10,654 bases of DNA, taken from Amoeboradix gromovi X-113 (lineage: Eukaryota > Fungi > Sanchytriomycota). Each line of letters opens with the position of its first letter. Position 1 is the first letter of the stretch. The notes under the pieces were generated by a model. The model was given only the letters and a program-made list of their open reading frames with translations, searched no databases and had not been told where the DNA came from. Shown here piece after piece: positions 1 to 7,613 of this stretch. The DNA is taken from assembly GCA_018985225.1 (NCBI GenBank), contig JADGIF010000336.1, forward strand, positions 1-10,654, in the 5' to 3' direction. Made by a program: the position numbers and the translations under genes.

Positions 1-69
1 CTGTACAGAATATTTATTTTTGAAATTTCGATACAAATTGTCTAGTCTAGTTTTTACAGAGCATGTCCC
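1..69 (-). mobile_element. Terminus (probably left end) of a related TIR element extending beyond the window start
   Basis: 43-69 TAGTCTAGTTTTTAcAgagcaTGTCCC matches the TIR of the two complete elements at 21/27 with identical length and terminal GGGACA. The flank ATATGT fits their WWW-TGT target pattern. Reverse complements of 2-20 and 38-61 occur inside the element at 6396-6855. Confidence 0.65.
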
Positions 70-175
70 ATATGTTATAAATAAGATATTCAGATAATCA
101 CATTTGTTTAATTAGAAAATTAGTCATGAAAAGACACTAGAGCCATACAATCCATCTAGTCAATAAATCATTTAT

Positions 176-883
176 TCAATTAGAACATCCGGTCCTGTAA
201 TCGATTCCGTTTTTAATTCTAATCCAAGCATTTTTGGGTCCATGTGCGGCTGCTTCATTGACTCTGAATCCAAATATCTTGGGTATATGCATAACCCGAT
301 TGTCCAATTTCTCGTGAATAGAATGCAATGACATACTAGATACATCGCTTGTCATGAATGAATCACTAGAGGAATCATCATTTACAAAATTAGTAAGCTG
401 CAGTATGTCCTTCTCAAATTGTTTGTAAAATGTACTGGCAAATGATATTCCAAAGCAAGCGCCGTCTAAAGCATCAAAAGGCAATTTTGGACGATAGATA
501 TCTAAACAACTACAGCAAAAAAGTTTAACACTCTCTTTGCCAAAGTCATCTGTTATTCCCAAGGGTAGCATTGGGCAATATCTACAATAAACTCGATCAC
601 AGGCACCAAAATCTTTTTTGTAAAATTTTATTTTCATTAAATTCAGACCTTGCGCGGTAAGAATAAATTTACGATGCACCATTCCATAAAGCAAAGCAGC
701 ATTAGAGTCTAATGTACCATCTTCATGCACATCAGATTGATCCAGTATTCGTTTTAATGCAAGCTCGCCTTGTGGTATTTCTCGCAGGAGGCTATTTGCC
801 ATTGACTTCAAAGTCTCAAGGTCTATTTCTACAAAATATTTAGAGGTGGGCAATGAAAGAAATTTATTGATCCATTGAGACAT
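176..883 (-). CDS. CKB1: Casein kinase II regulatory subunit beta (fungal CKB1-like)
   Basis: N-terminal WINKFLSLPTSKYFVEI, LLYGMVHRKFILT, Zn-binding FGACDRVYC...VKLFCCSCLDIYRP, DGACFG, and C-terminal IPKIFGFRV...GP..WIR are CK2-beta hallmarks. Confidence 0.93.
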   Translation of the reverse strand: MSQWINKFLSLPTSKYFVEIDLETLKSMANSLLREIPQGELALKRILDQSDVHEDGTLDSNAALLYGMVHRKFILTAQGLNLMKIKFYKKDFGACDRVYCRYCPMLPLGITDDFGKESVKLFCCSCLDIYRPKLPFDALDGACFGISFASTFYKQFEKDILQLTNFVNDDSSSDSFMTSDVSSMSLHSIHEKLDNRVMHIPKIFGFRVNEAAAHGPKNAWIRIKNGIDYRTGCSN

Positions 884-928
884 TAAGATCTGATCAAGAA
901 AGAGGAATGTTTCGGTTAAGAAACAAAA

Positions 929-1334
929 GGGACATCAAATATAAAAACTAGACTAACTTTCTGAAATAGTTTGAATCATTATTTCAAGCATTTATTAACC
1001 GATTGTAAGTTAAATTAAATTAACCTGTTCAAGTAAATTATTTTAGTATAAAAGCTTTTCATCCATCAAAATCTTAGAAACAATGATTACAAGAAGAAGA
1101 GAAAACAAAAAAAAGTTATACGAGGGTAGCAAGAAGAAGAAAATGGAACAGATAAGACACTCAAAGACCTTACTTGAAAGAGATAGTGGTCATCTTGTTT
1201 TATTTTAAAGAGAGGAATGACGTTTATGAAAGAAAATTGGTTTGAGAGAAGGACTTTTATTAATAATAGCATATCCTCCTTGTGGTGTACTTCCTTTAAA
1301 AACCACTTGATCTAGTTTTTATATTTGGTGTCCC
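929..1334 (+). mobile_element. Non-autonomous TIR DNA transposon, copy A (406 bp), with TnpB/Fanzor-like remnant
   Basis: Left TIR 929-956 GGGACATCAAATATAAAAACTAGACTAA; right TIR 1307-1334 is its near reverse complement. AAA flanks both sides. A second copy lies at 6396-6855 with unrelated flanks. Confidence 0.9.
1156..1315 (+). pseudogene. Frameshifted C-terminal remnant of a putative TnpB/Fanzor nuclease
   Basis: DTQRP/LERDS/SSCFILKRGMTFMKENWFERRTFINNSISSLWCTSFKNHLI* (two frameshifts) aligns to the ORF in copy B. The TAG stop lies inside the right TIR. Confidence 0.5.
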
Positions 1335-1395
1335 AAAATATGGAAAGAGCAAGACAGTCTCAAGACACCAATTTATTTGATTTAATTCTGATTTA

Positions 1396-1845
1396 TTAAA
1401 AAGCATAAATCAGAAATACCAACGCTAGACCGATAGTCCATCGAATACTATTCGAATTCGATTCCATCCTAAACAGACTAGAGCAGCTATAATAAATTTC
1501 TTTGTCTGTTGCATTTGTGTAAAGTATTCTGACAAAGTACTTATCAGCAGCTTCCAGTGTCTCATTCAAGTTCACAGTTACAAAAGATTCATTTGTATAA
1601 AGAGGATCTGCGAGATATTGACTAGCTTCAGGCAAAAGTCTATTATAAGGTGTGTCTGTTATATTATCATTCAATTTCAACAGAATTACGTGGATTGGTA
1701 ACTTACTCAAATGTCTTTTTTTCCATCTTAAAGTTACGTTAGTATTGGGATGCCAAATTGTGTTTTCATTTGGCTCTTGTATATTCAAGGTATTGTCGCA
1801 GTTGAATTTTATGGCAAACAAAGTCCAAATTTGAAATATCGACAT
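1396..1845 (-). CDS. Small secreted glycoprotein, Kre9/KNH-like (Ser-Thr-rich GPI-anchored family) beta-sandwich, probable GPI anchor or C-terminal TM
   Basis: Hydrophobic N-terminus, I..P....W....VTLRW and Y.VRI......YSCSSLF pattern, several N-x-S/T sites (NVT, NIT, NES, NET, NAT), hydrophobic C-terminal tail WTIGLALVFLIYAF. Confidence 0.65.
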   Translation of the reverse strand: MSIFQIWTLFAIKFNCDNTLNIQEPNENTIWHPNTNVTLRWKKRHLSKLPIHVILLKLNDNITDTPYNRLLPEASQYLADPLYTNESFVTVNLNETLEAADKYFVRILYTNATDKEIYYSCSSLFRMESNSNSIRWTIGLALVFLIYAF

Positions 1846-1996
1846 TGTAAAATAGGGGTCCTTGAATTAAGTCAATGGTAATTGAGGAAGATATATAAAA
1901 TTTTCTGGTGAACTAGTGACGGAACTGTATTCTGTAATTCGCAACGGTTTTATCAAACACTAGTAACTAGAATTTTGTTTTTTGAGACACTCCAAT

Positions 1997-2750
1997 ATGG
2001 CTTACGATCGTGCATTGTCTATCTTCAGTCCTGATGGTAAACTATTTCAAGTAGATTATGCAAATGAAGCTGTAAAAAAAGGAAATCTAGTCGTAGGATT
2101 GAAAACAAAAACAATTGCAATTTTAGCAGTCGAAAAGAAATCCGTCTTGAATCTTCAGAATCCTCGAACTATTAAAAAAATTCTTTTCGTTGATCGTCAT
2201 GTGGCTTGTGCTTTTGCAGGATTAAGTGCCGATGCTCGTGTCCTAATTGATCAAGCCAGAGTGGAAGCTCAAAGTTATCGGTTGACCTTAGATGACGCCC
2301 CCTCTACTGAATATTTGGCAAAACATGTTGCTAAAATACAACAGAAATACACACAAAGTGGTGGCAAACGTCCATTTGGAATCAGTGCTTTGTTCATTGG
2401 CAATGACGTGGAACCAAAATTATACCAAACCGACCCAAGTGTAGTTAAAATTAATATAGGGTGTATGTACTGAATGGAAGGCGTGTTCTATTGGTAGAAA
2501 CTCCAACTCTGTTAAAGAATATTTAGAGAAATATTACAAAGATGATTTGAGCGATGAAGAAGCTTTGATATTATGTTTAAAAGGGTTACTAGAGGTCGTG
2601 CAATCTGGAAGTCAAAACATTGAAGTTGTTATGTTGAAGGATGGTAAGATTACGCATGTTGAACAAGACGGCTTGGAAGCGGCCGTACAGACAATCGAAG
2701 CTGAGAAAGAAGTTGAGCTAGCTGCAAAGAAGCAATCTTCTGGTAACTAA
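1997..2750 (+). CDS. PRE6: 20S proteasome subunit alpha-4 (PSMA7); join(1997..2440,2460..2750), 244 aa
   Basis: MAYDRALSIFSPDGKLFQVDYA, AGLSADARVLI, QKYTQSGGKRPFG. Removing a 19-nt intron restores LYQTDPS|GVCTEWKACSIGRNS and joins the 2547-2750 frame (LKGLLEVVQSG). Confidence 0.97.
2441..2459 (+). other. 19-nt spliceosomal intron (GTAGTTAAAATTAATATAG)
   Basis: GT-AG, phase 0. Excision restores the conserved TDPSG..WKA..IGRN of proteasome alpha subunits. Confidence 0.92.
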
Positions 2751-2862
2751 GTAAACTTTTTCCGTTAATCTTGTGCTTTGTACTATAATTATGTTAATAT
2801 TGCAGACGTTAAGTGCGAAGATATTAAATGACTCAGTAAAAAATCTCCACGTTTAGTATTCA

Positions 2863-3054
2863 ATGGACTCGAACAGAATTTTAAAGACTGACGAAAACAT
2901 AGAATTGCTACATAAGATATCTCAACTGTTGAATACAGGATTAGATAAAGAGATATTAAAGAGGTGTGTTGCCTTATTAGAAGGAGGAGCAGACCCAATT
3001 GCTTTGGCAGCTGTATTCAAGGAATTACAAAGTGAAAACTGCAATGAACAGTAG
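2863..3054 (+). CDS. MZT1: Mitotic spindle organizing protein 1 (Mozart1, gamma-TuRC)
   Basis: LLHKISQLLNTGLDKEILKRCVALLEGGADPIALAAVFKEL matches the MZT1 signature (IS.LLNTGLD...L..CV.L.E.G..P.ALA.V.KEL); typical small size. Confidence 0.93.
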   Translation: MDSNRILKTDENIELLHKISQLLNTGLDKEILKRCVALLEGGADPIALAAVFKELQSENCNEQ

Positions 3055-3280
3055 AATATCAAAGTGTATTGCTAAAATAAAACCAAGTGTATAAAGCTAA
3101 ACCCTTCATAAGTTTCGACTTTTAGTACAAATTGCTCCCCATATGGCTCGATGCAGCATAAACTACTCTTCAAAGGGTATGAATTTAATGCGATTATATC
3201 GAATTAGTATTTTTCATTCCATAATGCAATACTGATATTGACTATTTTCAAAATCCACTAATTCAACATATAGCATAAAT

Positions 3281-4380
3281 TCAAAGATCTAGAATCAGCA
3301 CTGGTGTAAAAAGGAATAAAAACTTGAGAGTTTCGGTTATTATTTGAAGCGAATTATTTAGTTCTGGCAAAGAATTTGTCAAATAATTGAAACCTAAGCA
3401 CAGTATTTCTAGTAAAAAGCTAAACTACTTCGGAAGTGCGCCATAGCTTAATTTAAGACGCAAAGAAGCGATGGAAAATGGCTCTGCTGAACAATCTTAA
3501 ATTTCGCCAGTAAATGTTTATTAGTTCAAATCTTTTTATCTTGTTTTCAACTGGCTAAACCGTTCTTTAAAGCACTTTACTTGATTGTATATTGCGCTGT
3601 CCTCATTCAGCTCCACATTGCGCAATTTTTTTATTTCAATCATCCTAATTGCGACAAATTGAGAACAACCCAGCTCTTTCGTTACCGCCTTTGAGTCACA
3701 GCTCCAGTTCTTCACCCAGTATTTCGGTCCTAGCAAATGTATTAATGTCTCTGAAGATTCTTGACTAGATATTTGTTGCAAATTTCTTTATAAACAGGAC
3801 TAAATAAATCATGACAAAAGTTCGGCTCTTTTCCCTTCTTATTATTTTCTAATAGCGTTTTTATTAATTCTTTGATTTCCGCATTGTATTGTTGAATTTC
3901 AGTGAAGTGACTACATATTTTCTCTGTCTCCGCTAAATGCTTGACATGCAGTTCAATAAAGAGTTTCCTTAAATAGTTGTCACTTTGATATTCTGGGTGT
4001 TCGTTTACTTTCTCGAGCACTATTGTCAAGGTATCCTTGCTGGAAATTAGCTCTCCTTTTAGCTCAGAAAAAATAGGTTGCTGAATGTAACTAATGGAAT
4101 CATCTACCTACTTAAATTGGTGGATTGAATGCATATCCTTCAATGCTTTATTGACAATCTCGCTGATCTTTAGCTATTTTGGATTCATCCGAACGTCGTT
4201 GGATGAAGTGGGGTAATTCGTATTTTATAATTGCTGATGTTTGAATTGTCCGACCACAGATACGATGACAGTAACGCTTTCGCTATAGCTGTAGAAGTTT
4301 CTAAAGACATCTAAATGTCTTATGAGACGACCGTACTCAGCTGCTCTTCCCTAGATTTGAGCTGCCTGGGTGTTGAAAAT
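3281..4380 (-). pseudogene. Probable decayed gene of unknown family
   Basis: Overlapping ORFs 3742-4029 and 3536-3781 are linked by a frameshift. Both frames continue through scattered TAA/TAG stops up to ~4380 and down to TGA at 3281-3283. No recognisable domain. Confidence 0.4.
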
Positions 4381-4408
4381 TTAATTTTACTTTGTTTGAA
4401 ACAGCGCA

Positions 4409-5147
4409 ATGCAAAATTCAAATTTAAGCACGGAACTCACCGAAGAAGAGCTAAAAAACCTTAGTCAAGCTAGTCCACCAAAGTATACCAGCAAAGCTAA
4501 TCCAAATCCATCTCCATCAAAGCAACCGCAAAACCCATCAAATGGACATTCTCCAACTCACGCACAGCCAGCATCAGCACCAATTCATACCCAAAATTGG
4601 GATACTTTAGATGAGCCTGTGTCAGCTACTATTAAAAGAGACTTGCTGAATGTATGGCGTAAGATGAAAAAAGTCATATATCCTGTGGGCAGCGACGAAG
4701 ACTTATTAAAGAATTGGGATTTGTGGGGGCCTTTGCTACTCTGCCTATCTTTAGCTATTGTTCTAAGTGCTGAAAATAAGGGCGACCAACTTACTTTGAT
4801 GTTTTCCACCACTTTTGTTGTTGTTTGGATTGGCTCAATTATCGTAACCTTGAATGCCAAACTTCTAGGTGGAAAAATATCAATTCTTCAATCTGTTTGC
4901 GTTTTGGGATACTGCCTATTCCCTTTGTTAATATCTGCAATCATTTGCTTTTTTGTTAAGATAATATTTATTAGATTGATAATAGTTTCTGTTTCTTTAG
5001 CATGGTCTGTATGGTCTTCTGTTGGATTCTTATCCATTGATTCGTTGCAAGAGAAGAGAATGTTAGCCGTAATTTTATTTCATTTAGGTTTATCCTGTAT
5101 TTCTGTTTTACTTTATTTTAGGCTTTCTAATAGTGCTGACTAAGTAG
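4409..5147 (+). CDS. YIP4: Yip1-domain Golgi protein (YIPF6/Yip4); join(4409..5068,5088..5147), 239 aa
   Basis: WDTLDEPVSATIKRDL, WDLWGPLLLCL, VTLNAKLLGGKISILQSVCVLGYCLFPL. Removing a 19-nt intron gives the conserved KRMLA|VYPVFLFYF end. Confidence 0.95.
5069..5087 (+). other. 19-nt spliceosomal intron (GTAATTTTATTTCATTTAG)
   Basis: GT-AG, phase 0. Excision restores the LAVYPVFLFY motif of YIPF6. Confidence 0.9.
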
Positions 5148-5340
5148 TAAACCGTTAACACGCTTTAATAAATCATTTTCTGTTCAATTTTAACTTTGTT
5201 TCATTGTTTACTTTACTCTTGCAGTCAAGTGAAGATATGTGAGACCCATTCTGACAATGTACACATTCCCAAGTAGGAGTAGCACTTAGAAACCATACTA
5301 GGATTCCGATATCTTCATGTCATCCTGTACGAAGTTTATC

Positions 5341-5770
5341 AGGAAAAAGAAGGGAGGAACTGAGAAGATGACAGACGAGGAATTACATCCAAGTGCTGCC
5401 TTGCTTGTCAGCAAGGCGGCATTACAAACATCAAGACAGAATATGAAAATCGTTGTTGGTTGAGATATTGCAACATTTGCTCAAGTGCTAATCTGCAAAA
5501 CTTTTTTTGAAAGAAATATTGCCAGTGAATATTTCATATTGAAAAATGTTTGATGGCATATTATGGGACTGACGCATCTTTCCAGGTGGTCATCCGACTT
5601 CGAGTTGGGGACATTTCTGAGATTGGATAACTTGTAGTCATCTCAGTCGAATCAAAGCTATTATAACTGCTAAGCGTCGAATATCAGTATCTTGTGTTGG
5701 AAATCAAAGGCCCTTCTGTAGTGCTGATTTAGCTTGTATCCCCGCAATAAATGATCTTTTTCTCACTTTC
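5341..5770 (+). pseudogene. Decayed paralog of the unknown family at 10344-10654
   Basis: Stop-interrupted frames containing ELGTFLRLDN (vs EMGHTLKLDK) and CVGNQRPFCSADLACIPAINDLF (vs CVGNQRPFCCADLACFPAINE). Confidence 0.5.
5692..5754 (+). repeat. 63-bp inverted repeat, copy 1
   Basis: 60/63 identical to the reverse complement of 10399-10461. Confidence 0.95.
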
Positions 5771-6395
5771 TTCTGCTACTTGGTCTTGCTTCCTTTGTCT
5801 TCGTGCTAATTTTTAGCCACCATGTTTCCCAAAATAAGCTGTGAACTAGGTCGTACCTTCATATGCTTGAGTTGTGATGGTTTTAGTGTCGATCGAACTG
5901 TTTGGTAGACTGGTGTAGCACGATTTGGGTACTTCTTTAGTGGGTTTGTACATCCAATGGCTGAACCTCTTTTTATTTTTGTCATCTGCTCTAACTCTTG
6001 CACTATCTAGTTCTCTTCCAGTATATCTCATGCAGAACTTGTAAATCATTTTCCCAGGTATTTGAAAACCTAAATTATTAAATTCGGAATAGCACTTGCA
6101 AATAGCGAGGTTTTTTAGAAAAAGTTATAAGATTGTAACATTCGTCATTTGGGCGCACAAACTAAACAATGGAAGTAATATCCGATGCTATTAGTCCATG
6201 CAATGCATCTATTGCCATTTCATGTTCCGTTGGTATTAAACTGCAAAATTTCAGAGGTAGACCACTCCAACTACTACACACGGTCAAAATTAGAAATTCC
6301 ATGCAAAACACAGTCTTCCACTATTAACTTTGTTGGTAGGAACTCGGAAAATGTCATCATAAATTTTCAAATCTCTTCCTTGGGAATATACAAAA

Positions 6396-6855
6396 GGGAC
6401 ATCAAATATAAAAACTGGACTAACTTTCTGTAACAACTTGGAACATTATTTAAGATGCGAGTGGACATTCAGCTAGTTGCGGAGCTGACGAGTATAAAAG
6501 GAAAATAAATATTCTGTACATCTATTCTCTTACTCTTTCATCCAATCTTTATTTCAAATAAAATATCACTATTACTCTGTAAAAACTAGAATAGACAAGA
6601 GTAATGATGTTAGTATAACATTGCAAAATGACTCTAGAAAAGAGTACCGTCTAAGAAAATGCACCTTTTGCTTAGATGCTCAAAGACCTCATATATTTGA
6701 ACGAGATGCAGGGTCTTCTAGTTTAATTTTGAAAAGAGGAATACAATTAATGAGAGAATCTTGGTATAACAGAAGATCTTTTATTAATGATAGCAATTCC
6801 TCAGTATGGTGCACCTTTAAATACGACTTAGTCTAGTTTTTATATTTGGTGTCCC
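6396..6855 (+). mobile_element. Non-autonomous TIR DNA transposon, copy B (460 bp), with TnpB/Fanzor-like remnant
   Basis: TIRs 6396-6423 and 6828-6855 (26/28 complementary); 3-bp AAA duplication in a palindromic ACA-AAA-TGT site; homologous to 929-1334. Confidence 0.92.
6481..6836 (+). pseudogene. C-terminal remnant of a putative TnpB/Fanzor RNA-guided nuclease (CxxC + RuvC-III-like)
   Basis: YRLRKCTFC(6660-6671)LDAQRPHIFERDAGSSSLILKRG has the spacing of the CxxC...RDxNAAxNIL motif. A GADEYK (RuvC-II-like) lies upstream in another frame at 6481-6498. The stop is inside the right TIR. Confidence 0.55.
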
Positions 6856-7081
6856 AAATGTTTGTATGTTTATTACAAGATTACTAATCAAAACGGATTC
6901 AAATTGCAATTTGAAAATGAAGAATATTTTCTATATTCAAATCTGCATTTCGCTTTCACTTCCGATTTCCAGTTCAAATACAACTTGGAATGTGGCAAGA
7001 ATGAATTTAAAGATTTGGTTATTTACAAGACAGAGTGTACGCGCCAGCATAAAATGGCAATAACGATGTTAGAGTTTTAGA

Positions 7082-7442
7082 TTAGGTCTTAATCAACAGC
7101 AATCGTAACAATTTCAAGGTTTACTTTTGTTGTTGTAGTAGTTCAATCTGATAACAACAGCCATCATGCCTATGGTATACGCGGTGCTATCAGAGACGCG
7201 TTCATTTGGGATATTTTCTTAAATAAATCATTTATCATGAATTTGTATGCATTTTTATGTAATTTCATGACTTTTCCTGATTTTTCCAACAGCTTAAACA
7301 CTTGATATTCTCTCTCCACTAATGGTAAATGGAATTAATGGATGTAATCCCGAATATGTCAATCTGAAGAAATAATTAACAGGTACAGCATATATTCATT
7401 AACACTGAGGAACTGGTCCAAACATGGAAGAATTAGATGTCT
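7082..7442 (-). pseudogene. Decayed paralog of the unknown family at 10344-10654
   Basis: One frame with internal stops reads RHLILPCLDQFLSVNEY...KFMINDLFKKI. 7218-7241 is 21/24 identical to 10631-10654 (FAINDLFK). LLRLLLIKT follows in another frame. Confidence 0.5.
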
Positions 7443-7613
7443 TTCAGTTCTACAGTATTCGCTGTGTCATATGGCACCATCTTTTGAAACGAATTAGGGA
7501 TTTCAAATCCACTTTCGATGACTCACGGTGACATAATATTAAAGCAGAAAGACACAAATAGCCAATAAACTTTTAAGCTAGATTTTTGAGGTAAATAATT
7601 TTTATTTTACTAT

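Larger units (their letters stand above)
6185..7080 (+). pseudogene. Unknown-family gene disrupted by TIR element B
   Basis: ORF 6185 runs into the element's left TIR, and open frames resume right after its right end (6862, 6866). LEIPCKTQS and ITRLLIKT resemble IELPCETKS and LLRVILMET of the 10344-10654 paralog. Confidence 0.45.

Noticed and set aside
1087-1272. 61-aa minus-strand ORF in element A
   Set aside because: Antisense to the codon-conserved plus-strand remnant; low-complexity and not conserved in copy B.
1283-1306. GTGGT/ACCAC hairpin as an omegaRNA stem
   Set aside because: The aligned positions in copy B (ATGGT/ACGAC) do not pair, so there is no covariation support.
1325-1371. 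TTGGTGTC...GACACCAA inverted repeat across the right end of element A
   Set aside because: Only 8 bp and absent at copy B; likely chance.
1652-1834. 60-aa plus-strand ORF
   Set aside because: Shadow of the secreted-protein gene.
1982-1996. TTG start for the proteasome ORF
   Set aside because: Eukaryotic gene; ATG at 1997 gives the canonical MAYDRA start.
2789-2998. 69-aa minus-strand ORF
   Set aside because: Antisense shadow of MZT1.
4585-4860. 91-aa minus-strand ORF
   Set aside because: Antisense shadow of YIP4.
5806-6049. Two overlapping short minus-strand ORFs
   Set aside because: No recognisable motif or homology within the window; possibly another decayed gene but unsupported.
6864-6879. 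Possible 16-nt intron GTATGTTTATTACAAG that would rejoin the gene split by element B
   Set aside because: It restores a frame, but it is shorter than the other introns, ends in AAG rather than TAG, and paralog similarity favours the other frame.
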